Shown in pieces: positions 46,844 through 55,658 of a stretch of 64,000 nucleotides of DNA. The stretch is from positions 93,364 through 157,363 of the forward strand of contig CAZINP010000001.1 of the NCBI GenBank assembly GCA_964540635.1, given 5' to 3'. Position 1 is the first letter of the stretch. Every line of letters starts with the position of its first letter. The notes below the pieces were generated by a model. That model did no database searches. It was given only the letters and a program-made list of their open reading frames with translations, and had not been told where the DNA came from. Made by a program: the position numbers and the translations under genes. This DNA is from an uncultured Gammaproteobacteria bacterium. GTDB taxonomy: Bacteria; Patescibacteriota; Patescibacteriia; Buchananbacterales; UBA6539.

Positions 46844-48803
46844 TTTCGCCCAAATCTATTTTCGGTCCAACACTTTGAGTTTTGTCAATTTTTATTCTTG
46901 TTGAGCGCCAAGGAGTAATAGTAAGCTGGCCGACTTCTATCTTTTCAATTTGTATAAATAAGCGACAGGGGTAATAAGGTTGCAAAGAAATAATTTTTAA
47001 CCAATGATTGGACTGAACATAAATTTGATTTAAGGTGTCGTTTTTGTTCAGCAGGCCATAATTAAATAATTGATATTTTTCGTATACAATTTTGTTATCT
47101 CTTTCGCAGGTAAGATGTTGCTGGTAGTCGGTGGCAAGAGGAGAATTAATTTTCCAAAATAGTTTAAGTTGATTGTTTACCGAATCAAATCCAAGAAAGT
47201 CTATTGAAGCATTAATTGATGCTTGTTTTTTTATTTTAATATCAGGCATTTCTTGATATATTTTTACTAAGTCTATTTGGTCACCCTCTCCGCGTTTTAG
47301 GATTGCTCCTTGGCTGTTGGCAAAGATTAAGCCAAAGCCCGAAAGGTTTTTTGTCCAATTTTCCACGGCGAGATCATATTCTTTAGCAAAGGCTTTATTT
47401 AGGCCATATTGAATTTTGTAAGAAAAAATATCTTGAAAATCAATAATAATATATTCAGTTGAGCTTGGCAGGGCATAGTCTTTGAGTAAAAATTGCTGTT
47501 TATTTAAGAAAACATAATTAAAAGAGTAAACTTCTTTTCTTGAGCTCAGCGGGGCTAAGAATTTATAGCTAGCGGCAACAGATGATTGTTTTGGTATCTT
47601 GTTTATTAATTCATTGTAGGCGGCGATTTCTTGCTTATCACTTGGTTTAAATAATTCTTGTGCCAAGCCGGGCAAGGGACCAAAACCAAAACCGCTATAA
47701 GCAACCGCAGCAATCACAATTACCAGTGTTAATTTTTTTTCCAAAAACAAATAATTTAAATATTTTGGCGGATGATAGTTGACGTCGGTAATAGCTTTTG
47801 TGCCAAATATCCAGGCAATAAAAATTCCTGGTAAAAGCAGGGCTGAATATTGAGTATATAAAATCATTCCTAAAAACATCCAATAAACACCGCTGACCAA
47901 TTGAATAAAAATTAAAGCACTCAGCAGTAGATAACGCGGCTTAAATAGTGACACATAAGCGCTAGGCAAAAGCAGGGCAGTAAAAAGAATTAAGCTTCCC
48001 GGGCTGAATATTTTTGGCAATATTAACCATGGGTGCAATAATAAATTTTTTATCATTTCATCAAGGCTGTTTCCCAGCCAAGAATAATAGAGAAGAAATT
48101 TATATGAACCGCTTAGGGAATAGTAGCTACTTATCTTGATTGCAAATATAAAATAAAAGACACTAAAAATAAACGGACAAATTATCCATTTAATTTTTTT
48201 TCTATCAAAGAGGGCTAGTATCGAAAAAACCACCATGACCAAAGCAACATCCTCGCGGCACATTAAACCTAAAGCCATTGCCAAAATAAATAAAGTAAAT
48301 TGATTTTTTTGGTAAAAATAAAAAGTCCAAAAAATCGCCAGAGTGGCAAAAGGCAAAAAACTTACTTCAAATAAATTAATATTTTGAACAAAGGGATTGA
48401 AAAGCCAAAGAAAGGCAAAGAGAAATCCCCAACCTGACCCCAATTTATTTTTGGCAATTAAATATATCGGTTGGGCGCAAAGAGCTAGGGTTAGCGTCTG
48501 AAGTAAAATTAAGAAGGTTGGTTGTGGCCAAAGTTTATAAAATGGTAATAATAAAAATAAAATCGGACTAAAGTGATCACCTAAATAAGTTGGCGGATGA
48601 ATACTTGAAGCAAAAAAGTTTCCGTGGCTGGAATTATAAAAAACATTATTAATAATGCCTAAGTCCATGGCCTCATACCCATAATGAAAATACTTTATTA
48701 AAACAATTGTACCAAAGGTGATTAAATAACCAATAACAAGTAATAAAGTAATTACCGGTTCGTATTTATATAAAAAATTTTTTAATTTTTGCCTTAAGTC
48801 CAT
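46833..48803 (-). CDS. DUF2079 family membrane protein (GT-C-like)
   Basis: DLGI.NN, YLGDHFSPIL, LILLQTL, CREDV, QYSA. Confidence 0.8.
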   Translation of the reverse strand: MDLRQKLKNFLYKYEPVITLLLVIGYLITFGTIVLIKYFHYGYEAMDLGIINNVFYNSSHGNFFASSIHPPTYLGDHFSPILFLLLPFYKLWPQPTFLILLQTLTLALCAQPIYLIAKNKLGSGWGFLFAFLWLFNPFVQNINLFEVSFLPFATLAIFWTFYFYQKNQFTLFILAMALGLMCREDVALVMVVFSILALFDRKKIKWIICPFIFSVFYFIFAIKISSYYSLSGSYKFLLYYSWLGNSLDEMIKNLLLHPWLILPKIFSPGSLILFTALLLPSAYVSLFKPRYLLLSALIFIQLVSGVYWMFLGMILYTQYSALLLPGIFIAWIFGTKAITDVNYHPPKYLNYLFLEKKLTLVIVIAAVAYSGFGFGPLPGLAQELFKPSDKQEIAAYNELINKIPKQSSVAASYKFLAPLSSRKEVYSFNYVFLNKQQFLLKDYALPSSTEYIIIDFQDIFSYKIQYGLNKAFAKEYDLAVENWTKNLSGFGLIFANSQGAILKRGEGDQIDLVKIYQEMPDIKIKKQASINASIDFLGFDSVNNQLKLFWKINSPLATDYQQHLTCERDNKIVYEKYQLFNYGLLNKNDTLNQIYVQSNHWLKIISLQPYYPCRLFIQIEKIEVGQLTITPWRSTRIKIDKTQSVGPKIDLGEINL

Positions 48804-48840
48804 GATATTATATTAATATTAAATTGTATAAAAGACAATA

Positions 48841-48872
48841 AAAAAAATCGGGGAGAGCGTCCCCGATTTTTT
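48841..48872. terminator. Intrinsic terminator ending the pilin array
   Basis: AAAAAAATCGGGGA-gagcg-TCCCCGATTTTTT. Confidence 0.75.
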
Positions 48873-48879
48873 GTAAATT

Positions 48880-49302
48880 TTATTCAATTCCACCGGCGCC
48901 GGTCGCAATCAATAAATTATCAATGACAAAGTAGGTAATAATATAGGCGCAAACTACAATGGCAACGCCAATAACAGCCGCACTGATAATACCTTTGGCC
49001 TTGCTAATTTTATCATCATTGCCAGCGGCTGTCATCCAGGTAAAGCCCGCATATAAAATTAGAACCAAGAATATAATTCCCAAAAAGCCTAGAGCGATTT
49101 TGACGATGTTAGAAATTGATTCAGCCAAGGTGTTTGAGGAAACGTCATCTTGACCGTATATATCTTTAACCGGTTCAAGTTGTTCACCGATTAAATTTCC
49201 AATTTCGTCCCCGGCCGCAAAAGTCAGGGCTGGCGCGATTGCCACTGTCATTAAGTTGATGGCCAAGATTAGGCCAATCAAGCTAAAAACTTTAAATTTC
49301 AT
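48880..49302 (-). CDS. TrbC/VirB2-like pilin paralogue
   Basis: Signal peptide; YAGFTWMTAAGNDDKISKAK between two TMs. Confidence 0.8.
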   Translation of the reverse strand: MKFKVFSLIGLILAINLMTVAIAPALTFAAGDEIGNLIGEQLEPVKDIYGQDDVSSNTLAESISNIVKIALGFLGIIFLVLILYAGFTWMTAAGNDDKISKAKGIISAAVIGVAIVVCAYIITYFVIDNLLIATGAGGIE

Positions 49303-49430
49303 AGGCTTTTATTTATATTTAATTTACTTTTTTATTATATCAAATTTTATATAGATTGACAAATAAGCTTAAATGTGGTAATATTTAATGTTTCTTGGTG
49401 TGAAAATAAGGCAAAATAGGAGAATCTGCC

Positions 49431-49805
49431 ATGAAAAAAGTGCTCTTTGCGGCTGTGGCCGCGATGGTGCTTGGCGTTGGATGCGCCACGGTACCAAATG
49501 AAAACCTGTTGCGCCAAGGCGCACTGGTTAACTACTGCACCGACAATGCGGTGGTGTTTCTGGTCGTCGGTGATTCCGGCGACGGGTCGGTTTGCACCAC
49601 GGTGCCCAAGGCCCTTAAAACGCCCGAAGGCATCAAACCCGGTGTCGCCCCCGTCAGCCTGTATGGGAAGCGGTACTACTGGGTCGAGACGACCAAGGTC
49701 GGGTGTCAGCACCCTTATCAAAAAGGGAATATCTGGGTGGACAAGTTTCGCTCCGATACCCAAATTGAGGGGGTAGCTTACGACTTCGGGATTTACGCCC
49801 GATAG
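49431..49805 (+). CDS. GC-rich lipoprotein inserted antisense in the pilin array
   Basis: Lipobox GVGC; TTGACA(49356)-17-TAATAT, AGGAG RBS, terminator 49831-49867. Confidence 0.75.
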   Translation: MKKVLFAAVAAMVLGVGCATVPNENLLRQGALVNYCTDNAVVFLVVGDSGDGSVCTTVPKALKTPEGIKPGVAPVSLYGKRYYWVETTKVGCQHPYQKGNIWVDKFRSDTQIEGVAYDFGIYAR

Positions 49806-49830
49806 TCAACACCTTCCACCGGTTTTACCC

Positions 49831-49904
49831 GAGGCGGAGCGCTCTTAGCGCCCCGCCTCTTTCTTTTGCTGGAATAAAAAAAGACGGGACGCTAGGTCCC
49901 GTCT
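49831..49904. terminator. Back-to-back terminators
   Basis: GAGGCGG...CCGCCTC-TTTCTTTT (+) and A7-GACGGGAC...GTCCCGTC (-). Confidence 0.7.
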
Positions 49905-49922
49905 CGGATAATTTTATAATGT

Positions 49923-50354
49923 TTAATCCAGGCCAGCCCCACCGCGCGTTGCCTCAAGGGCCTGATCAATAACAAAGTAGGTAATAACGTAAGCCATTAA
50001 AATTATAAGCAAACCAATGACTGCTCCTTTCATGATGGCCTTGGCTTTATCAATTTTTTCCTCATTGCCGGCTGAGGTCATCCATAAAAAACCGGAGTAT
50101 AAAATTAACAGAAAGAAAAGTAAGCCTAAAAACGAAAGCAGCATTTTAAGAACCGCGCTAACCATTGAGCCGATTGAATATTGAGTGCCAAGGCCGGAGG
50201 TTTCAATAAAAGCCTGATTTTGCTTATCCAGCTCAGCTTGAGATTCGCTGTCTAGGAGTTGCATCTCTTGCTGGGCCAAAGCCGGCATTGCCATAAAACC
50301 CAAAGCAAAAATCATGGCGGTTAAAATTAAATTTTTTAAAATTGTTTTTTTCAT
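49923..50354 (-). CDS. TrbC/VirB2-like pilin paralogue
   Basis: YSGFLWMTSAGNEEKIDKAK. Confidence 0.8.
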   Translation of the reverse strand: MKKTILKNLILTAMIFALGFMAMPALAQQEMQLLDSESQAELDKQNQAFIETSGLGTQYSIGSMVSAVLKMLLSFLGLLFFLLILYSGFLWMTSAGNEEKIDKAKAIMKGAVIGLLIILMAYVITYFVIDQALEATRGGAGLD

Positions 50355-50356
50355 AT

Positions 50357-50779
50357 TTATGAGCTATAAGGCACCGAGGAAGTGCCGCTGATTAACATAT
50401 TGGCGACAAAAGTGTAAATGGCGGCCGCACAGATGATAATAATAATTCCAATAATTCCATTCTTAATTATGCTCTTGGCTTTTTCAATTTTTTCCTCATT
50501 GCCGGCAGAAGTTAGATATAGGAAGCCGCCGTAGACGGTAAAAGAAACGAAGATTATGCCAATTAGGGAGATAACCGTTTTGACGATTGTGCCAACGACT
50601 CTGGACAGTCCGGTTTCGTCAACCGAGGTGTCATAACCGGCGCCATTGCTGCCAGCAGCTTGGTTTAAAACTGAATTTATTGTATCGGGTTGAGTCGCCG
50701 CGGTCGGACTTTGGGCCAAGACGCTAAATGGTATTGTAAGAGCAGCAATCAAGCAAACGAATAAAATAATTTTTTTCAT
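50357..50779 (-). CDS. TrbC/VirB2-like pilin paralogue
   Basis: Start MKKIILF at 50779; YGGFLYLTSAGNEEKIEKAK. Confidence 0.8.
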   Translation of the reverse strand: MKKIILFVCLIAALTIPFSVLAQSPTAATQPDTINSVLNQAAGSNGAGYDTSVDETGLSRVVGTIVKTVISLIGIIFVSFTVYGGFLYLTSAGNEEKIEKAKSIIKNGIIGIIIIICAAAIYTFVANMLISGTSSVPYSS

Positions 50780-50792
50780 AAGTATAAGAATA

Positions 50793-51236
50793 TTAATCGG
50801 TGGTTTCAAATGGCTCATCCGATTGTGAACCGACATTATAACTCGTGGCGCGCCCAACGCCATATATAACAAAGCGGGTAATGGCGTAGGCGGATAAAAC
50901 AATAATTAGGCCAATAATACTGCCGCGCAAGATTGACTTTGCTTTATCAACTTTTTCCTCATTGCCGGCTGAAATTAAGTAAAGGTAGCCGGCGTAAACC
51001 GTATAGGTTAAAAAAATTAGACCAAGAATTGATAAGAAGACATTTATAATCTGGCCGATTGTTTGGGCAATTGGTCTGGAGCCAAAACCGGCCGACGAAC
51101 CAACCGTAGCTAGTTTGCCGGATATATTAAGGGTGCTTGCAGTACTGCCGGTTGTCTGAGCAAGAGCGCCTAGAGGTATGGCAACCAAGAAGGTGAGTAA
51201 GAAAATTGCAATTAATTTTTTTTGGATTATTTTCAT
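50793..51236 (-). CDS. TrbC/VirB2-like pilin paralogue
   Basis: Start MKIIQKK at 51236; YAGYLYLISAGNEEKVDKAK. Confidence 0.8.
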   Translation of the reverse strand: MKIIQKKLIAIFLLTFLVAIPLGALAQTTGSTASTLNISGKLATVGSSAGFGSRPIAQTIGQIINVFLSILGLIFLTYTVYAGYLYLISAGNEEKVDKAKSILRGSIIGLIIVLSAYAITRFVIYGVGRATSYNVGSQSDEPFETTD

Positions 51237-51237
51237 A

Positions 51238-51630
51238 TTATTTGATTGTTTTTTCAAGGCTGGTGGTGACAAAGTAACTGATGCCGTAAGCAGAAAGCAC
51301 GACAATTAAACCGACTACGGCTGCTTTAATGATGTCTTTGGCTTTTTCAATTTCATCTTCTCGGCCCATGGCCATTAACCATTTATAACCGCCATAAATT
51401 ATTAAAACCAGAAAAATAACACCCAAAAAGCTAAGAAAAACACTGATGGCCGAGCCAACAATATTTAAGGCTTTGGTGTCATCCGACCCGGTAGAGGGCA
51501 GGTTAACGGCACTTAGAGCCCCTTGCATTTGAGTGGTTATGCCACTTGCTGCCAAGCAACCTAGGGTGGGGACGGCAATAATTGTTGAGGCGAGAATCAG
51601 GCTGAAAAAGATTTTTTTGTATTTATTCAT
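51238..51630 (-). CDS. TrbC/VirB2-like pilin paralogue
   Basis: YGGYKWLMAMGREDEIEKAK. Confidence 0.8.
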   Translation of the reverse strand: MNKYKKIFFSLILASTIIAVPTLGCLAASGITTQMQGALSAVNLPSTGSDDTKALNIVGSAISVFLSFLGVIFLVLIIYGGYKWLMAMGREDEIEKAKDIIKAAVVGLIVVLSAYGISYFVTTSLEKTIK

Positions 51631-51638
51631 AATTAAAT

Positions 51639-52049
51639 TTAAGCCGAAACACGGCCGATATTAATTAAGATGAATTCGGTAATTATTCTGGCAGAAATTA
51701 TGATTATCAAGCCAATAATAAATTGTTTAATCATCTCTTTGGCCTTTTCGATTTGTTCTTCATTGCCTTTAGCTGTCATCCACAAAAAGCCGGCATAAAT
51801 TACGCCCAACAAGAAAACGGTGCCCAAAAAAGTCAAAAGATAATTAACAATTTTCATTAAACTGTTTAAAAATGTGGTTTGATCAACCTTAACCGCCTGT
51901 CCGCCACCAATAGCCGTATCGGTGTAAGTTTTTACGCTTCCAGAAATTCGATCAAATACCGAAGCGGCATACAAACCGGGGGCAAAGGTTAATGCTAAAA
52001 ATAGGGAGATCAGTATTAAGGCGAATAAATGTTTTTTTAAATTTTTCAT
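51639..52049 (-). CDS. TrbC/VirB2-like pilin paralogue
   Basis: YAGFLWMTAKGNEEQIEKAK. Confidence 0.8.
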   Translation of the reverse strand: MKNLKKHLFALILISLFLALTFAPGLYAASVFDRISGSVKTYTDTAIGGGQAVKVDQTTFLNSLMKIVNYLLTFLGTVFLLGVIYAGFLWMTAKGNEEQIEKAKEMIKQFIIGLIIIISARIITEFILINIGRVSA

Positions 52050-52456
52050 GAGGTTTGAATAGTGGTTCCTAAAATAAATAAGGCGATTTCAACTATAATG
52101 CGTGCAGAGAGAATAATGGCTAAGCCGATAACGGCGTTAATCATAAGGCTCTTGGCTCTGGTTACCTGCTCTTCGTTGCCCTTGGCCATAAACCAAAGAT
52201 AGCCGGCATAAATGATATTTACCATAAAAAGCGCTCCCATTAGAAACAGCATGCCATTTAGGAAATTTACCCAAGCCGGAACAAATTCAATTGATGGTTT
52301 ACCGTCACTTCCTTGGCTGTATCCCGCACTTTTACCGGTGGCGGAAAATCCTTTGATAATTGTGTCAAAGGCGCTGGCCGAAGCGGCTTGGGCCCAAAGT
52401 AATCCAAAAGTTAAAATCGAAGCAGTATTAAAAATTTTTTGACCGATATTTTTCAT
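52046..52456 (-). CDS. TrbC/VirB2-like pilin paralogue
   Basis: YAGYLWFMAKGNEEQVTRAK. Confidence 0.8.
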   Translation of the reverse strand: MKNIGQKIFNTASILTFGLLWAQAASASAFDTIIKGFSATGKSAGYSQGSDGKPSIEFVPAWVNFLNGMLFLMGALFMVNIIYAGYLWFMAKGNEEQVTRAKSLMINAVIGLAIILSARIIVEIALFILGTTIQTS

Positions 52457-52459
52457 ATA

Positions 52460-52852
52460 TTAATTTCCGGTTGCTGCTTTAAGGGCGGCCAGCATGGTAT
52501 AAACCAAAGCGTATGAAAGAAAAATAACAATCATGCCGTTTATGCCGTTGACAATAAAGCCTTTGGCTTTGCCGATTTTCTCTTCGTTGCCGCCAGCTGT
52601 CATCCATAAGTAACCCCCAACCAAAGTAATTGTCATAAACACGACACCAACAACGGCAAACATATAATTTACAAATCGTCCGATTATTGTTGGCAGGTCG
52701 TTACTGGTTTTAAGGCCGGTATCGCCGGCAGTTTGATTGAGTCCGGCCTGGACCTGTCCCAAGCCGGTTGAGGCCGTGTCAGCTAAAACTAAACCCGGCA
52801 GAATAATTAGAGCCAGAAGACAGAAAATAAATATGTGTTTTTTAAATCTCAT
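52460..52852 (-). CDS. TrbC/VirB2-like pilin paralogue
   Basis: VGGYLWMTAGGNEEKIGKAK. Confidence 0.8.
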   Translation of the reverse strand: MRFKKHIFIFCLLALIILPGLVLADTASTGLGQVQAGLNQTAGDTGLKTSNDLPTIIGRFVNYMFAVVGVVFMTITLVGGYLWMTAGGNEEKIGKAKGFIVNGINGMIVIFLSYALVYTMLAALKAATGN

Positions 52853-52867
52853 GTCCGTAGTGTGTTA

Positions 52868-52904
52868 AAGGGGAGACCCCAGAAAAAACCGGCAGCCTCC
52901 CCTT
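52868..52904 (-). promoter_or_regulatory. Intergenic stem-loop after the putative major pilin
   Basis: AAGGGGAG / CTCCCCTT arms (52868-52875, 52897-52904) without a long U tract. Confidence 0.5.
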
Positions 52905-52935
52905 GTTTTCGTATGTGAGTTAAGAAATTCTGAAA

Positions 52936-53295
52936 TTAGATTGCGCCAGTTGCGGTTAAAAGCTGAGAAATCACAAAGGTAGCCAAAGCGTAGGCCGTGA
53001 AAATAATTACCAAGCCGATAATGCCGGCAGTAATTACCTTTTTGGCTTCACCAACTTTTTCCTCATTGCCGCCGGAAGTCATCCACCTGAAGCCACCCCA
53101 GAGAATAATGATGATGGCTAAAATGCCCAAGAAGCCCAATAAAACGTTGACGACATTCATAACGCCCTCGCGAATATCATTGGTACCTAAGCCGGTGTAA
53201 GTGCCATATTCAATACCGGTGTCTAAAGCCAAAACCGGCATTACGCTTAAAGCGAATATGGTGGTTACGGTCATTAGGGTTGCGATTTTTTTCAT
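52936..53295 (-). CDS. TrbC/VirB2-like pilin, putative major subunit
   Basis: Start MKKIATL at 53295 with strong SD GGGAGGTG; WGGFRWMTSGGNEEKVGEAK; own consensus promoter. Confidence 0.8.
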   Translation of the reverse strand: MKKIATLMTVTTIFALSVMPVLALDTGIEYGTYTGLGTNDIREGVMNVVNVLLGFLGILAIIIILWGGFRWMTSGGNEEKVGEAKKVITAGIIGLVIIFTAYALATFVISQLLTATGAI

Positions 53296-53364
53296 TTTTT
53301 TTGCACCTCCCTTCAAAACTTTTGTTTTGAAAAATTATTAAATTTTAATTAATATTCTTATCTA

Positions 53365-53394
53365 ATTATAATAAATTATGTATAACTGTGTCAA
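53365..53394 (-). promoter_or_regulatory. Consensus promoter for the pilin array
   Basis: TTGACA(53394-53389)-18-TATAAT(53370-53365). Confidence 0.7.
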
Positions 53395-53424
53395 ACAATA
53401 GTTTTACCACAGTTATACATAATT
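53374..53424. repeat. Perfect 17-bp inverted repeat with 17-bp spacer
   Basis: AATTATGTATAACTGTG (53374-53390) / CACAGTTATACATAATT (53408-53424). Confidence 0.92.
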
Positions 53425-54230
53425 CATTCAGTAAAAAGGTTAGAGCAAGTGCAGCTGAAGTTTGTGCTGACCGCCTCACCAGCTTCATTTTGTCCGCCAA
53501 CCATCAATACATTACACGTGCAATCGGGGCAAGATTCGGCACAGCTGCTTTGACAAAGACTTTGAGCCTCACTGTATGTTATTTCTTTGTCGGTATAAGA
53601 AAAGCTACACCTGTGTTCTTCCCTTGTTTCATCTGCTTGAGGTGTTGGTTGAGCTTCTATGTTTGGCGCCACTGCCGTGTTGGGGTTTGATTGTGTATTT
53701 TCTGATGGCGTCTGTGAATTACTCTGACTTTGGGTGGCGCCAGAACCGGGTGATTCAATTTGTTGGGTTTGAAACCAATTTTGGTTAAAAATTTGAGCGG
53801 TGGCGCCAACTTGACCTTTGGTTAAAGCGGCGATGGTGGTATTTACGATTAACCAAGAAGTTAGCATGATTACCAGGCCGACAACGGCCGCGGTTATTGC
53901 TTGCTTGCCCTTTTCTATCATTTCCGGTTTACCGGCAGAAAGTATCCAGAGTACTCCGCCGTACAAAAAGGCCAAAAGCGCCAAGCTACCGGCTAGGCCG
54001 AGCAATAATTGTGTAAAATTTACTACTGTTTGCATTATTTCGTTAAGACCGCAATCATTGACATTTCCACTTGAAGCTCCGGTATCAGTACACTTGCTTG
54101 GTATTAATCTGCCGCCTGATATGCCGATGGCGGAAAGAAAAGCGTTACCTTCAGCGGCTAGGGCGGGAGTTATTAAAAATAAAAACCCAATTAAAATCAG
54201 GCCTACGGTCAAGAAGTGTTTTTTTCTCAT
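53424..54230 (-). CDS. Pilin-like protein with S/T/Q-rich linker and Cys-rich C-terminal domain
   Basis: YGGVLWILSAGKPEMIEKGK core; N-terminal C...CGL; C-terminal CQSSCAESCPDCTC...CTC. Confidence 0.75.
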   Translation of the reverse strand: MRKKHFLTVGLILIGFLFLITPALAAEGNAFLSAIGISGGRLIPSKCTDTGASSGNVNDCGLNEIMQTVVNFTQLLLGLAGSLALLAFLYGGVLWILSAGKPEMIEKGKQAITAAVVGLVIMLTSWLIVNTTIAALTKGQVGATAQIFNQNWFQTQQIESPGSGATQSQSNSQTPSENTQSNPNTAVAPNIEAQPTPQADETREEHRCSFSYTDKEITYSEAQSLCQSSCAESCPDCTCNVLMVGGQNEAGEAVSTNFSCTCSNLFTE

Positions 54231-54246
54231 ATTATATTTATTCTAA

Positions 54247-55620
54247 CTAGTAAGTTTGCTGAATTTTTTGAACCGCCAATTCAACCGCATCTTTTAATTC
54301 TTGGCCATTTCTGACCATTTCAATCATGGAATTAAAATTTTGCTGCATTGTTTGCGGATCTTTGCCTTGGTACCAGCTTTTAGCGGTTAAAAGTTGATCG
54401 GCAAAAACTTTTAATTTATCGTTTGCCTGTTGATCAGTAACCAGCGCGCGCAAAGCCGTGGGCTTGCCGGTGGCCGTAAGATACTTTTCCGCTTCGGCTT
54501 TTTTGGAGATGAATTGAACAAAGTCCCAAGCTTCATTGATATTTTTACTCTTTTTTGAAACGGTATTTATGCTGTAATTGGCAAAATTAATTTCCGGACG
54601 GCCTTCAATTTGCGGAATTTTGCTGATACCATAATTGAGCTTGCCGCCGCGCTTGGTTTCTAAATATTTAATGTCGCTGAAATAGCCAAAAATCATAGCG
54701 ACTCTGCCCTGGGCAAAAGCATCCAAAGAATTAGGAAATGAATCGTTCCAGGTATAGACTTCCCTTGAGGGGTTGGAAAAATCAGTAAAAAATCTGATGG
54801 CTTCCGGACCGGGATTGTAATTTTTTATTGTAATATCTTGTGGAACAACACCAAAAGTGACTTGATTGCCGGTTGTCATTTTTGCCCCATTCTGCATCAT
54901 AAGAAGTGATAAAATGTCGGCTGAATAATTAATGTTTTTTCCAGACCCCAAGGCCGCACCCGACTGAACCAATTCGCCGTTTTTATCTTGATAGGTCAAA
55001 GCCTTTACGTTTTGTTGCAAGGCCAGCCAATTGGTTGGCGGTAAAGGGATGCCGGCGTTATTCATCAGGTCGCGATTATAAAACATAACCAGGGTGTCCA
55101 TATAAAGCGGCAAGCCGTAGATTTTATCGTCCCTGACAACATCACCATAAACTACATCCAAATAAGCGTCTTTTAATTGAGACGGAGTAATACTTGTGTT
55201 TTCCCTGACTTCGGTGATAGTTTCTTCTTTGATATTTAAAGTTTTTTGAACATACTGATAAGCTACTTTGGTTTTGGCTGGCATGGGTTCAATCTTTGAA
55301 AGATATTTGGTAAGCAAGGTGTTGTTAATGGTGAAAATGTCCGGACCGCGATCTTCGGCCAAAGCATTGAGAAGCTCTTTCTCAAATTCTTCTTCCCTAA
55401 GCTTGCGATAGGTAATGGTGATGTGCGGGTGCTGGGCGCGATAATCGTTAATCATTTGTTCATAAGAAGTTGAGTCATCTTCAAAGCCCCACCAGGTCAG
55501 TTCAACCGGCTGCAGCGCTTGTTGTTCGGAGGGAGTAATAAAATTACAGCGAAAACCTGAGCCAAGCAAAAAAGAAATTAAGAGAAGTGAAACCGTGATT
55601 TTTAATTTTTTGTTTTTCAT
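54247..55620 (-). CDS. Extracellular solute-binding protein (family 1, carbohydrate-type fold)
   Basis: LTWWG, GPDIF, IYGLPL..DTL.MFYNRDL, AW.FV.F; ATG 55620. Confidence 0.85.
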   Translation of the reverse strand: MKNKKLKITVSLLLISFLLGSGFRCNFITPSEQQALQPVELTWWGFEDDSTSYEQMINDYRAQHPHITITYRKLREEEFEKELLNALAEDRGPDIFTINNTLLTKYLSKIEPMPAKTKVAYQYVQKTLNIKEETITEVRENTSITPSQLKDAYLDVVYGDVVRDDKIYGLPLYMDTLVMFYNRDLMNNAGIPLPPTNWLALQQNVKALTYQDKNGELVQSGAALGSGKNINYSADILSLLMMQNGAKMTTGNQVTFGVVPQDITIKNYNPGPEAIRFFTDFSNPSREVYTWNDSFPNSLDAFAQGRVAMIFGYFSDIKYLETKRGGKLNYGISKIPQIEGRPEINFANYSINTVSKKSKNINEAWDFVQFISKKAEAEKYLTATGKPTALRALVTDQQANDKLKVFADQLLTAKSWYQGKDPQTMQQNFNSMIEMVRNGQELKDAVELAVQKIQQTY

Positions 55621-55658
55621 AAATTTATTCCAGACCAATTTTTAAAATTAATGTCGGG

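Noticed and set aside
36900-48803. Poly-T tracts of 7-9 nt as phase-variation sites
   Set aside because: Explained by Phe/Leu codons in AT-rich membrane genes; all frames intact
49347-49776. Alternative ORFs 49347..49763 (-) and 49447..49776 (+)
   Set aside because: Shadows of the GC-rich lipoprotein gene with lipobox and RBS
48880-54230. Conjugative element or type IV (class III signal) pilin cluster
   Set aside because: No relaxase, coupling protein or VirB4 in window, and no G/FTLIE prepilin motif
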